Shown piece by piece: positions 27,381 to 37,583 of a stretch of 64,000 nt of DNA (position 1 is the stretch's first letter; every line of letters starts with the position of its first letter). Origin of the DNA: Candidatus Gottesmanbacteria bacterium (GTDB lineage: Bacteria > Patescibacteriota > Microgenomatia > 2-02-FULL-39-11); assembly GCA_016186795.1 (NCBI GenBank), contig JACPKY010000002.1:350748-414747 (forward strand). Direction: 5' to 3'. A program made the translations under genes and the position numbers. The notes beneath the pieces were generated by a model. It saw nothing but the letters and a program-made list of their open reading frames with translations, was not told where the DNA came from and made no database searches.

Positions 27381-28283
27381 TTATCTTTTATATTTCACTT
27401 CTCCAAATACCGAACCAACTATACTTTGTATTACAGCAATAGAATATATCAGTTGAAAGGGAATCTGATAGAAATGACGGAATTTGACCCCAAGTATAAC
27501 TCCATTGAAAACCTGAAAAAGCGGATTATACCTTATCAGATTGAAAATAATTCGGGGAAATGAACCCGTTATAAATTCGTTTTTTCCAATCCACCGTGCT
27601 TGAGCGTATACCTCCAAAATAGATGAAGGATTTTTATGGTAACAAACTGCAGTAGTTACAGAAGCTAAATATCCCAACTTACGAGATAATGTCCAATCAT
27701 CTGTAAATCCGATATCATCAAATCCACCAACTTTTCTAAACTCCATTGTTTTAATTGCACGAAATACTGGAGATTTATCCGGGTAGTCCTGGGGAATTCG
27801 TCTTTTTGATGATATTCCTTCGTTATAATTCCATGAGCGTGCCCATGGATTATTCCAATTTTCTACGTATTCAGCCTTGGTAAAGGTACCTCTACTTTTT
27901 TGCCCTCGGATTGGTTTTGTCAGCTCATCAACAAAATTTTGAGCAAATATCATATCACCATCAACAAATACGAGAATTTCTCCCGAAGCTCTTGATACGC
28001 CTAAGTTTCTAGCCTTTGCAGTTCCCTGGTGAGATGACTGGAGAAAAATGATTTTGGCAAGCATACCTTTCTCATCTAAATACTTTTGAATTATCTTTTG
28101 ACTATTATCACTTGAGCCATCATCCACAAGAATAATTTCTAACGGCTTATACGTTTGGCTTTCCAATGATGAAAGACAAAATTTTATGGATTTTTCTTCG
28201 TTATATACCGGAATTACAATAGAAATAAGGAGGTTAGATTTCATATTTACACTCTTGAAGTTCGTTATTTGTTTCTTTAACAT
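27381..28283 (-). CDS. Glycosyltransferase family 2. The probable start is near 28244 (MKSNLLISIVIP).
   Basis: ISIVIPVYNEEKSI...IILVDDGSSDNS signature. Confidence 0.8.
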   Translation of the reverse strand: MLKKQITNFKSVNMKSNLLISIVIPVYNEEKSIKFCLSSLESQTYKPLEIILVDDGSSDNSQKIIQKYLDEKGMLAKIIFLQSSHQGTAKARNLGVSRASGEILVFVDGDMIFAQNFVDELTKPIRGQKSRGTFTKAEYVENWNNPWARSWNYNEGISSKRRIPQDYPDKSPVFRAIKTMEFRKVGGFDDIGFTDDWTLSRKLGYLASVTTAVCYHKNPSSILEVYAQARWIGKNEFITGSFPRIIFNLIRYNPLFQVFNGVILGVKFRHFYQIPFQLIYSIAVIQSIVGSVFGEVKYKR

Positions 28284-29727
28284 CCTCGTTTCTTTTTAAA
28301 AGATATGCCTCCCCTTTTTGGACTATAACAGAAAATTTCTTGTTCAGTAATAAATCTTCAAAACAAACCTTCATTTGATTTTTGGTTAGCGGAGAAAATG
28401 CATTCGGACTCTCATGCATATCAATTGCGATATACGAAGCATTCCTAATTTCTGGAAGGAGAGAAATATTGTCTCTTTGGGAAATATGTGGTACTAAGTT
28501 ATTTTGAGAAGAAACGGGAGCATCATGAGGAATCTTCTTCAGTACTTCTTCTATATCACTCATCCAAGACTGATTTTCATACAATTGCATCTTCGCAATT
28601 GAGTGTATCGGTCCACGAAAATATACATCTTGTGCTAAAGCAAAAAAAATAACATACACTCCAAACAAAACAAAAACATTTTTCCTTCCTAATTTGATTC
28701 TTCTACTTATCAAATCAGAATATTTAGATATCGAATACACTGATGCAATAGAGAGTAAAATCCCAAGGGGTGCTGCGTGATGATTTACATTCACCCACTT
28801 GGTAAATTGTGGACCGGCATAGATAAAACGTGAAGCAAAATGCCCGATGATTGGAATCATATGTATAGGAGAAAAAAGCGGAAGAAATCCGTATGAGAAA
28901 AGAGAGGAAATGACCGTTCGGAGCTTTACTTCAGGAATTATCATACTACGTATAAAAAACAGAGGATCGGAAATACTCTTTTTCAAAACATCGGAAACTG
29001 TATACCCTGCCACACCAAAATCGTTATGGGAATATATTCCCCGAACAGAGAAAAATGGCATAATAATATAAATAAGTGTGAAAAATGATAGAAGACCAAT
29101 AGCCATCGTTACAAGTCCTAAACGCTTCTTTTTATAAAATAACCAGACAACAAGTCCAAGTGGAACAACTAGTAGTCCTAATTCTTCCTTCGTTCCGATA
29201 AGACCACCAAGGGATACCCAATACATGATGGTTCGTCTTGTTTCCAAAGAATAAAAAAAGAGAGCTAAAAAAAGGGGGGCGAATGCCATCTGGTGAAACT
29301 CATTTAAAATTGTCCACTGTGTGCCGATAAAAAGAAGATACGACATGCATATTGAAAATGAAAAAAACAGACTTTTTGTTGTCTTTTTCGTAAGAAGGTA
29401 TAAGGGAAGTGCAGCCATAACGACAATAAATGCTTGTCCAATAAGAATCATTCTGACATCAGTTTTGATCATGTATAGAGGTGCAAGAAAGTAAAGAACT
29501 GGTTGAAAATGATCGGCAAGTAAGTTTTCATGTGCAATCGTACTATATGCAATAAGATCTCCACGACTTACTTTCCAGATAATCTGATCAAAAAATCCTA
29601 AATCCCATCCGAATGTCTGGAAATGATTATGTGTTTGAATTGAGATGATAGAAAATATCCCCCACACAAGAAGAAGTAACGCGAAAACTGCGCCTATATC
29701 ACGTGGGAAATTTCGGATGCGTTCCAT
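28234..29727 (-). CDS. Polytopic membrane protein, DUF2079-like (GT-C-like fold)
   Basis: N-terminal region FGWDLGFFDQIIW...HENLLADHFQPVLYFLAPLYM matches the pattern remembered for the DUF2079 family. 10-12 TM helices. Confidence 0.5.
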   Translation of the reverse strand: MERIRNFPRDIGAVFALLLLVWGIFSIISIQTHNHFQTFGWDLGFFDQIIWKVSRGDLIAYSTIAHENLLADHFQPVLYFLAPLYMIKTDVRMILIGQAFIVVMAALPLYLLTKKTTKSLFFSFSICMSYLLFIGTQWTILNEFHQMAFAPLFLALFFYSLETRRTIMYWVSLGGLIGTKEELGLLVVPLGLVVWLFYKKKRLGLVTMAIGLLSFFTLIYIIMPFFSVRGIYSHNDFGVAGYTVSDVLKKSISDPLFFIRSMIIPEVKLRTVISSLFSYGFLPLFSPIHMIPIIGHFASRFIYAGPQFTKWVNVNHHAAPLGILLSIASVYSISKYSDLISRRIKLGRKNVFVLFGVYVIFFALAQDVYFRGPIHSIAKMQLYENQSWMSDIEEVLKKIPHDAPVSSQNNLVPHISQRDNISLLPEIRNASYIAIDMHESPNAFSPLTKNQMKVCFEDLLLNKKFSVIVQKGEAYLLKRNEDVKETNNELQECKYEI

Positions 29728-29751
29728 GTATTTTTATACTACAATGATACC

Positions 29752-31425
29752 GTGAGAGTAACAAAACCGCTCCTTTTCCTTTTGCTAATCATACTTACTT
29801 ATCCTTTTCTGATCAAATATGTCTATGTAGCTCATAATCAGTACGAGCAAATTCCCCTTATACTTCGTATCCTTGATCCGTCATATCTCTCAAATGATTG
29901 GATTGTGAATGTCAACTCTCACTTTTCACCTCGGTATTTCTTTACCCTTTATATCGGTACAATATCCAGATTTATTCCTCTACACTTGACATATTTTATA
30001 CATTATATTCTTACTATCGGTCTAGTTACATTAGCTACATATTACCTGGCTGTTAAAATCTTTCGCTCATCACTTACATCAATCCTTACTACGATGTTTA
30101 TTCTTTTTGGCCAGAAGTATACCCTTGGAGGAAATGATCTCGTAGGGCGGGATTTTGATCCACCACGATTTGCCTTCGGTTTGGCTAGTTCAGCAATTAC
30201 ATTATTCTTTTACCAGAAGTACTTAATTTCTTCTTTTCTATTATCCCTGGCAACATACATCCATCCTCTCATTGGGTTTGAAGTAGCAACGGTTTACTTT
30301 TTAACTTTAGCTGTAATTTTCTTGCGGATTAAACTTCAAGGGAAAAGCATATATTTTCAGGTTAAAAAATTTATCTCATCATTTCTTCTTTTTTCTTTGC
30401 TTTCTTCATTTTCTCTAATAACTTATTTGAAGTCTTTCTCTTCGTATTCACAAATTACGATAGATAAAGAAACGGTAGTAACTATTCTTGCCAAAATTCG
30501 TGCTCCGGCACATTATCTTCCATCAAGCTGGGCGATAAGTGATTTCATACTCTTCGGACTTATACTCTTGGCAGGATTTATCTGTTTCCGCTTACTTTGC
30601 CGAACAATGAACTTTATGGAAAAGTGGCTACTTATTATCCCTGTTATTTTTATACTCATTCTGTGTTTATTGGCAAGCAATTCTGCTGAAATAGATCTCT
30701 TGTACCCTATACTTTTTGCGCAGTTCTTCCGCTTAACAGTAATTATTTATTGGCTTTTTGCAATCCTTATTTATGGTACATGTTTCACTCACATGTTAGT
30801 TCCAAGAAAAAAAATAATTTTCCTGTTTCTCCCCGTACTTCCATTTTTTATCAGTCATCCAGAAGTTATTACTGCATCTGGTTTTACTCATTCACTTTAT
30901 ATTTTTTTAGCAGTAACATTTCCTTTATGGATCATACTTTTACGAAAGAAAGTAATCGGAATATTCGTATTTTCCATATTCTATGTAATTGTTGCACTTT
31001 CGCTTCTTTTTAAAAATTTTCCATTCCATTTTGAACAGTTGTACCCCTTACCTACTCCGGAAACAAAAATTGCATCATGGGCAAGAGAAAATACGGTACC
31101 GAATGCAATTTTCCTTACGCCACTCGATTTTTATACTTTTCGCTTAACCGCAAATCGCGCTATAGTAGTTGATTGGTTGGTTATGCCATTTGAACAGAGT
31201 GCAATGGTTGAATGGGCTCAAAGAATTGCAGATGTTTCGAGTATTGACTCAATCTTTGAAATTTCCGAAGAGAAAGCACGCGCAGGATTTAAAACTATAA
31301 CATATGAGAGATTGACAAGTTTACGAAGAAAATATCCTTTCAATTACGTTATTACAGAATCTACAATAAATCTCCCTTTGGAAAAAATTTACACAACTGA
31401 TCAATTTTTCATCTATAAATTTTAA
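29752..31425 (+). CDS. Polytopic membrane protein with a C-terminal soluble domain (uncharacterised, candidate GT-C-like). GTG start. One of only two plus-strand genes in the window.
   Basis: 557 aa, at least 12 predicted TM helices, and a C-terminal roughly 130-aa hydrophilic domain. It is convergent with the DPM1-like GT2. Confidence 0.45.
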   Translation: MRVTKPLLFLLLIILTYPFLIKYVYVAHNQYEQIPLILRILDPSYLSNDWIVNVNSHFSPRYFFTLYIGTISRFIPLHLTYFIHYILTIGLVTLATYYLAVKIFRSSLTSILTTMFILFGQKYTLGGNDLVGRDFDPPRFAFGLASSAITLFFYQKYLISSFLLSLATYIHPLIGFEVATVYFLTLAVIFLRIKLQGKSIYFQVKKFISSFLLFSLLSSFSLITYLKSFSSYSQITIDKETVVTILAKIRAPAHYLPSSWAISDFILFGLILLAGFICFRLLCRTMNFMEKWLLIIPVIFILILCLLASNSAEIDLLYPILFAQFFRLTVIIYWLFAILIYGTCFTHMLVPRKKIIFLFLPVLPFFISHPEVITASGFTHSLYIFLAVTFPLWIILLRKKVIGIFVFSIFYVIVALSLLFKNFPFHFEQLYPLPTPETKIASWARENTVPNAIFLTPLDFYTFRLTANRAIVVDWLVMPFEQSAMVEWAQRIADVSSIDSIFEISEEKARAGFKTITYERLTSLRRKYPFNYVITESTINLPLEKIYTTDQFFIYKF

Positions 31426-32131
31426 GTCCCATCTTTTGTTGCCAAGTTATAATTTCGTCTCCCCACCTAAACCAAAAAAGGTTCTTTAGAAATTCAATAA
31501 CCGTACCAATTCTCACTGTAGATTTTCCTCCGGCACGATCGAGATTTCTCATTGGTATCTCTTTTATTTTCCAATCCAGATAATGAGCTTTCACAGCAAA
31601 TTCTGTATCAATAAAAGAATCAGCATATGTAAGTGAAAGCACTTTAAGGCGATCGCGTAAAAATATTCGAGGGCTTCCATTTATGTCTTCAACATCTATG
31701 GGAAGAAAAAGTCGTGCAAGCTTGTTATAGATTTTAGACCGAATATACCGTATAAAATTCTCGCGGTTTACTCTTTTGATTTTAACAAGGTCAAACTTTC
31801 TCTCTTTTATTTCCGAAAAAAGGATGGGGATAATTTTTTCATCAACCTGTCCATCTGAAGGCATGTAACAAACATATTTTCCAGATGCAACCATAAGTCC
31901 CTTATAAACTGCACTACCGTATCCTCTCTTTGCCCGAATAATTCTGAAATGTGTATTTTCTTTTGCAATTTTTTTAAGCACATCCCATGTTTTATCTGTT
32001 GATCCATTTTCAACTAAAACAAGTTCGTAGGTAATGTTGTTTTGATCAAGTACTTTTTTTATTTTATGTGAAATGTTCTCTATAATATCCTCTTCATTGA
32101 GAACCGGCAAGACAATTGTGAGATCAAGCAT
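31409..32131 (-). CDS. GT2 polyprenyl-phosphate glycosyltransferase (DPM1/GtrB-like). It would make the lipid-linked monosaccharide donor for GT-C enzymes.
   Basis: 240 aa. LTIVLPVLNEEDII...ELVLVENGSTDKT, and no C-terminal TM extension, as in dolichyl/undecaprenyl-phosphate mannose/glucose synthases. Confidence 0.7.
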   Translation of the reverse strand: MLDLTIVLPVLNEEDIIENISHKIKKVLDQNNITYELVLVENGSTDKTWDVLKKIAKENTHFRIIRAKRGYGSAVYKGLMVASGKYVCYMPSDGQVDEKIIPILFSEIKERKFDLVKIKRVNRENFIRYIRSKIYNKLARLFLPIDVEDINGSPRIFLRDRLKVLSLTYADSFIDTEFAVKAHYLDWKIKEIPMRNLDRAGGKSTVRIGTVIEFLKNLFWFRWGDEIITWQQKMGLKIYR

Positions 32132-33053
32132 ATTTTGTAAAATCTTTCAATATCCTGCGAACAATCGTTTCAATTGAAAGTCCGTAGATATGTCGTAAAT
32201 ATTCTTGGTTTCCAACCGTTTCAATAAATGTATCGTTAATTCCTAAGCGCTTAAAATAAATTTTTTCCTTACCTTTCTCAGACAACACCTCTGATACTGC
32301 AGTACCTAACCCTCCGACGATTGAATGCTCTTCGAGTGTGAAAATTGCCTTCGTTGCCTTAGCTACTTTGATAATCACATCTTCATCGAGAGGTTTCACT
32401 GTATGCATATCGATAATACCAGTGTCAACTCCTTTTTGAGAAAGAATTCGTGCTGCCTGAAGCCCATTGTAGACCATGTTTCCAGTAGCAATAAGAGTAA
32501 GATCAGCACCCCGTTTCAAGATAATACCCTTTCCGATTGTAAATGGAGATGTTGGTGTATATATGTCCGGTTCTCCTTTTTTCCCGAGTCGAAAATAAAC
32601 CGGTCCTTTGTGTTTTAGGATTTCGACAAATGCTGCTTTTACTTGATTTCTATCAGAGGGACACACAATGATAATATTGGGAAGACTCCTCATGATTGCG
32701 ATATCTTCAAGAGAATGATGTGTTGCTCCTGCATGTCCATACGATAAACCTCCACCGGTTCCAATAATTTTAACATTTGCATAATGAAGACAGATATCAT
32801 TTCGTATTTGCTCAAATCCTCTCATAGTAACGAATGTCGCTATACTATAAACAATAGGAGTAAATCCAGTGAGAGCAAACCCACAGGCAACTCCCATCAT
32901 ATTTGCTTCTGCAACTCCAACGTTTAAAAATTGTTTTGGGAATTTTGATTTGAAATCTTCAAAGACCGTATATCCCAGATCACCAGTTAGAAGAATTAGC
33001 TTCTTATCTCTCTTGGCAAGGATTCCTAATGACTGGACAAAGGCGTTTCTCAT
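32124..33053 (-). CDS. Transketolase, C-terminal (pyrimidine-binding) subunit of a split enzyme
   Basis: 309 aa with the transketolase pyrimidine-binding and C-terminal domains. Immediately downstream of the N-terminal subunit gene. Confidence 0.85.
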   Translation of the reverse strand: MRNAFVQSLGILAKRDKKLILLTGDLGYTVFEDFKSKFPKQFLNVGVAEANMMGVACGFALTGFTPIVYSIATFVTMRGFEQIRNDICLHYANVKIIGTGGGLSYGHAGATHHSLEDIAIMRSLPNIIIVCPSDRNQVKAAFVEILKHKGPVYFRLGKKGEPDIYTPTSPFTIGKGIILKRGADLTLIATGNMVYNGLQAARILSQKGVDTGIIDMHTVKPLDEDVIIKVAKATKAIFTLEEHSIVGGLGTAVSEVLSEKGKEKIYFKRLGINDTFIETVGNQEYLRHIYGLSIETIVRRILKDFTKYA

Positions 33054-33056
33054 TAT

Positions 33057-33959
33057 TTAATCTATTTCTTCTAACGCAGCGTAATACTGTTCTTTTTTAG
33101 GGTTAAGGTAGTGCCAGTCAATTGTATGCTCCATAAATGTCACACCTTTCCCCCGCACAGTATGACAGATTATGATTGAAGGTTTGTTGGCCGAAGCTGC
33201 TGTTTTTTTAATAGTTGATAGTAATTTTGGCATACTATGGCCATCAACTTCGAGTACATTCCATCCAAAAGCTCGCCATTTGCTAGTTAGTGGTTCAAGT
33301 TGCAAAACCTCTTCAATGCTCCCAAATGCTTGCACTTTATTGTAATCAAGGAGAACTATTAAATTCTGCAAATGGTGATGTGAGGCAAAAAGTGCTGATT
33401 CCCACGTCTCTCCTTCGTCACATTCAGCATCTGACATCAAAACAACAACCCGAAAATTTTTCTTTCTAAGCTTAGCAGATATTGCCATTCCGGCACCTAT
33501 TGATATCCCATGACCAAGAGAACCCGTTGAAATCTCTATCCCTAATACAGTATGTTTAGGGTGTTCCTCAAGAAGTCCTTTATCTTTACAATATTTGGAA
33601 AGATTTCTTTGGGGAAAAAATCCACGCAGAGCAAGCGTTGCATAAAGAGCAGGAGCGGCATGACCTTTACTTAGGATAAAACGATCACGATCATGCCATT
33701 TTGGTTTCCTAGGATTTATACGAAGAAAACTAAAGTACAAAATAACAAGAATTTCTACAATAGAGAAAGATGATCCAATATGTCCAACTTTTGACTCATA
33801 CGAAATCGTTAGAATTATCTTCCGTATAGTCTTTGCGATATTTTCAAGATCTAGTGGCTTTTTCATACAGTTTTCCATTATTTCTAAACCAATTAATTGT
33901 TTTTTTGAGGCCTTCATGAATTGAATGGCGTGGCCTCCAAGAAAGTTGCTTTTTGGCAA
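33057..33959 (-). CDS. Transketolase, N-terminal (TPP-binding) subunit of a split enzyme. The true start is probably near 33866.
   Basis: GHIGSSFSIVEILVILYF...GSLGHGISIGAGMA TPP-binding motifs. Confidence 0.85.
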   Translation of the reverse strand: MPKSNFLGGHAIQFMKASKKQLIGLEIMENCMKKPLDLENIAKTIRKIILTISYESKVGHIGSSFSIVEILVILYFSFLRINPRKPKWHDRDRFILSKGHAAPALYATLALRGFFPQRNLSKYCKDKGLLEEHPKHTVLGIEISTGSLGHGISIGAGMAISAKLRKKNFRVVVLMSDAECDEGETWESALFASHHHLQNLIVLLDYNKVQAFGSIEEVLQLEPLTSKWRAFGWNVLEVDGHSMPKLLSTIKKTAASANKPSIIICHTVRGKGVTFMEHTIDWHYLNPKKEQYYAALEEID

Positions 33960-34830
33960 GAGTTATATCTGCAACCCAGAATTCAGTATCCCATGGCCGA
34001 GGATTATACTCTCCATAAATAATTTTTGCAGAACTATTTGTGATTTTATTAATCATTGATACAACTTTTGACACGGAATATTGTTTTCCGGAACCAATGT
34101 TTATAACTTTTGCTTTCACACGTTTCGGGTTTTGCGTAAGAAGTAAAAGAGCATCAACAAAGTCATCAATGAAAATGAAATCACGGGATTCATGACCGGA
34201 AGTTATTAAAATATCCTTTTTCATCAGAGCTGATTGAATAACTGTAGGAATCAGTCTTGTCGGCTCCTCAAAGGGACCATATACTGAAAATGGTCGTACT
34301 GTTATAACTGGTTTTTCAAGCATATGTGAATAGACATTTGCAATATAAGTTGAGCCGGCTTTTGCTGCGGCATATAAACTAATTGGGTCCAAAAAATCGG
34401 TTTCTTTCATTGGTTTTCTTTTCCGACCATACTCTGATGAACTTCCAAAATTCACAAATACGTCAAAATCTATAGTTTTCAACGAAGAAAGCATATTAAC
34501 CGTACCTCCAATATTTGTATTAATGATTGATAAGGGATCCGATTGGAATGGATAGCCACCAAATGATGCAAGATGATAAATGATGTGTGGTCGGATCTTA
34601 GTAACAAGCCGATGCACTGCATCTTTTTTATTTATATCGATATCAAAATAATTAAATGAGTGCATGACATCGTCAAGTCGCCAGGTATTACTCTTTTTTT
34701 TAGAAAAACCATAAACATCGTATCCAAGATTTACCATTTTCCTTACAATATTTGCCCCTATAAATCCGGAAATCCCAGTTATAATTACCCGATTTCTTTT
34801 CATATAGATCTTCATTATAATACGACTCAC
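33844..34830 (-). CDS. NAD-dependent sugar epimerase/dehydratase (extended SDR)
   Basis: VIITGISGFIGANIV Rossmann motif, SSSEYG and YAAAK (YxxxK) catalytic motifs. Confidence 0.85.
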   Translation of the reverse strand: MSRIIMKIYMKRNRVIITGISGFIGANIVRKMVNLGYDVYGFSKKKSNTWRLDDVMHSFNYFDIDINKKDAVHRLVTKIRPHIIYHLASFGGYPFQSDPLSIINTNIGGTVNMLSSLKTIDFDVFVNFGSSSEYGRKRKPMKETDFLDPISLYAAAKAGSTYIANVYSHMLEKPVITVRPFSVYGPFEEPTRLIPTVIQSALMKKDILITSGHESRDFIFIDDFVDALLLLTQNPKRVKAKVINIGSGKQYSVSKVVSMINKITNSSAKIIYGEYNPRPWDTEFWVADITLAKKQLSWRPRHSIHEGLKKTINWFRNNGKLYEKATRS

Positions 34831-34850
34831 AAACAGTAAATTAAATCCCT

Positions 34851-35747
34851 ATGCAAAAGATGCGCTGCGCTTTGTGTGGAAGAGATGAAAAACCACAGCT
34901 TCTATACCCAGAGAGTATAAATTTCGAGCGTATTAGCAAAGAAACTTTCTCAGCAAGACGTATTCCCGAAAAAGTTCATTATCGCCTCATGCGATGCCAA
35001 AGATGTACACTTATCTATTCTTCACCCATACTTACAGAGGACAAAATAAAACTCCTATATAAGCAAAGCAAACTTACCTATGCCGAAGAAATTCCAAGTC
35101 TAAAAAAAACATACGGAGATTATCTTTCTAAAACACTTCCTTTTGTAAATAAAAATCCCCATCTTCTTGAAATTGGAGGAGGAAATGGTTTTTTCCTTGA
35201 AAAAGCACTGGAGTTGGGAGTAACAAAAGTCAATGGAATTGAACCCAGTCGCAGTGCAATTAATGCAGCAAGAAGTGATATCAAAAAAAAATTGATTGCT
35301 GATTTTTTTCCTTCAGAGAAAATAAAACCCTCTTCATATGACATTATCTGTATATTTCAAACACTTGATCATGTCACTGACCCAAACCGATTTTTACGCG
35401 CGTGTCATACCGCACTGCGAAAAAATGGAGTAGTGCTTTGCATTCTGCATGATACCGAGGGTCTGTCAGTAAAAATTTTAGGTGAGCATTCACCTATTTT
35501 TGATATAGAACATATCTATCTTTTCAATAAAAAAACACTCCAGTTGATTTTTGAGAAGAATAACTTTACACCTCTTGTTACTTTTAGCGTGGTTAATACA
35601 TTCCCACTTCGATATTGGATACGAATGTTCCCATTCCCCTCTATAATCAAACCATTATTTCTATCACTACTTCAAAACATTCACCTTGACAATTTACCAC
35701 TTAGTATGCGCGCGGGAAATATTGGAATTATTGCGAGGAAATCATAA
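34851..35747 (+). CDS. SAM-dependent methyltransferase with an N-terminal zinc ribbon (sugar C-/O-methyltransferase-like)
   Basis: CALCG...CQRC Cys4 pattern at the N-terminus, then motif I LLEIGGGNGFF. Plus strand, divergent from the SDR gene. Confidence 0.6.
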   Translation: MQKMRCALCGRDEKPQLLYPESINFERISKETFSARRIPEKVHYRLMRCQRCTLIYSSPILTEDKIKLLYKQSKLTYAEEIPSLKKTYGDYLSKTLPFVNKNPHLLEIGGGNGFFLEKALELGVTKVNGIEPSRSAINAARSDIKKKLIADFFPSEKIKPSSYDIICIFQTLDHVTDPNRFLRACHTALRKNGVVLCILHDTEGLSVKILGEHSPIFDIEHIYLFNKKTLQLIFEKNNFTPLVTFSVVNTFPLRYWIRMFPFPSIIKPLFLSLLQNIHLDNLPLSMRAGNIGIIARKS

Positions 35748-36729
35748 CTTTATTATACTTTTTAGCAATTTTACTCCAGGAAAATTTTTCTGCCTGTTTT
35801 CGGGGTTTAGTTCTGAAATCGTAAGATATAGCTTGTTGTAAAACTCGGGCGTATTCCTTCTTGTTTTCCGGATCAGCATACAAACCAGCTTTTCCTATAA
35901 TTGCACGTCTGTTCTCATCATCTGGTGCAACAACCGGTATATTGCAAGCTAGAGCCTCAAGGTAGACAAGACCAAATGCTTCTGACTCTCTACTAGGCAG
36001 GGAGAAAACAGATGCACTTCTATACAGACTTGGCAACTCACTGTGAGATAGATGTTCAATATAGATAAATCTCGTACCTAAAAGCTTCTTCCCTTGGGCA
36101 ATTAATTCTTTTTTGCGGGGTCCATTCCCTACAAGAACAAGATTTGCCTTAGGTAAAAAAGAGACTGCGTATATTAACCTGTCAATTCGTTTATAAGTAT
36201 CAAGAGCAGAAACACAAAGGATGATCGGGTGTGACATATGTAAAGGATATTTTGGTCCTTGCGGAATAAAAAGATCCGTATCAATCCCATTAGGAATATA
36301 TTCGACTTTTTTGCCGTTTCGAAGTTTTTTTGCCCAACTGGCTGCATAAGGTGAAAGCGCTACAAAAATATCAGGATTTCCGAAAACGATATTCCACAAG
36401 TCATCTTTCCCAACACCAGCATGACCGCTTATGAGAATTTTTGATTTTGTAAAATAGCGGATTATTCTTACTAGAAGAGCTTGCAATCCACCATTGACAG
36501 GAATAATCCAATCATATTTTCCGGCATGTAGTTTCGGAAAAACCCGTAAACTAAAAATAAATACTAAGAAATGATAGAAAAGTGTCGTATGTGAAACAAC
36601 CGGTAAACTTCTAGTTTGAAATATATCCACCTTGTGAGAAGAAGATAACTCTTTTTCCATTGCAGATACGAACACTTCTGCTCCTCTTTCAACTTTTCCG
36701 TTATAGATATTTAGAAATGCAATTTTCAT
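35728..36729 (-). CDS. Glycosyltransferase family 4
   Basis: C-terminal SEAFGLVYLEALACNIPVVAPDD motif. Confidence 0.75.
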   Translation of the reverse strand: MKIAFLNIYNGKVERGAEVFVSAMEKELSSSHKVDIFQTRSLPVVSHTTLFYHFLVFIFSLRVFPKLHAGKYDWIIPVNGGLQALLVRIIRYFTKSKILISGHAGVGKDDLWNIVFGNPDIFVALSPYAASWAKKLRNGKKVEYIPNGIDTDLFIPQGPKYPLHMSHPIILCVSALDTYKRIDRLIYAVSFLPKANLVLVGNGPRKKELIAQGKKLLGTRFIYIEHLSHSELPSLYRSASVFSLPSRESEAFGLVYLEALACNIPVVAPDDENRRAIIGKAGLYADPENKKEYARVLQQAISYDFRTKPRKQAEKFSWSKIAKKYNKVMISSQ

Positions 36730-37583
36730 AGCAAGCTATTCCAAAGCTTTCTCTTTATCCTTTTTATTGGGGTAATGAATGCGGCGGTAATTTGGTATGC
36801 TCTTGAACGTCCACTAGCAACGTCTGCAATGTATGCGGGATGTCTTTGGAAAACTTTGGGAATTTGCGATTTGTCAATTCTGTATCCTGTCTCTATTTTA
36901 AACTTGTTCCTATGAAATGTATCAAAAAGTGCTTTACCTTTTGAGGAACGTTCCAGATACATGGCATGAAATAATTTTCCATGGGTTACGGCAAATTTTT
37001 CCTTTGTATGATCTATAATCGGCTTCTCTTTATCATCATAGTAACCTTCATATGGATATATTCCCTTAACGGTTATTTGAGGAATATTTTTTTTATTAAA
37101 AAGACGTAGAACTAAATGTCCAGATTGTCCGAAAAGAGAATATGACCCCACATTTTCATCCTGATAGTGATAGATGTCTCCCAGCAAATCAAATCTTCTA
37201 ACAACAATCCCTTTGAGCGTTTCCCCAGATTTTATAATAATGTGTAAAATCTCTTTACAGAGGGTTTCTGGGTAAATTTCATCACCGTCAACGATCCAAA
37301 ACCAGTCAGTTTCTGTCTTTTCAATTTGCTTATTACGAATAGCACCAATTTCTGAAGGGTGTGAAATAGTTTTTTGTTCAAAAATAACTTTTGCCGTCTT
37401 AAAACTTTTGATGAGTTTAACGGTATTATCTGAAGAACCGGTATCAGTCACGAGTATTTCTTTGGCATAAGGAAGTACAGAAGAAATTGCATACCAGATA
37501 AACCTATCCTCATTTTTTACCACCATATGAATAGTCAAAGAATTACTCGCTTTCATGTTTTTTCCGAAGATATATAAAAACAA
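36726..37583 (-). CDS. Glycosyltransferase family 2. Probable start near 37556.
   Basis: LTIHMVVKNEDRFI...ILVTDTGSSDNT signature. Confidence 0.7.
   Translation of the reverse strand: MFLYIFGKNMKASNSLTIHMVVKNEDRFIWYAISSVLPYAKEILVTDTGSSDNTVKLIKSFKTAKVIFEQKTISHPSEIGAIRNKQIEKTETDWFWIVDGDEIYPETLCKEILHIIIKSGETLKGIVVRRFDLLGDIYHYQDENVGSYSLFGQSGHLVLRLFNKKNIPQITVKGIYPYEGYYDDKEKPIIDHTKEKFAVTHGKLFHAMYLERSSKGKALFDTFHRNKFKIETGYRIDKSQIPKVFQRHPAYIADVASGRSRAYQITAAFITPIKRIKRKLWNSLL

Noticed and set aside
34818-34830. Exact 13-nt match to the bacteriophage T7 promoter recognition region (TAATACGACTCAC, T7 positions -17 to -5), located 16 nt upstream of the plus-strand methyltransferase gene 34851-35747.
   Set aside because: The match stops exactly where the T7 initiation/unwinding element (TATAGGGAGA) should begin. 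Here it is AAACAGTAAA. No phage-type RNAP or other phage genes occur in the window. A 13-mer is too short to indicate vector contamination. It is most likely a chance occurrence in AT-rich intergenic DNA, though statistically unusual.
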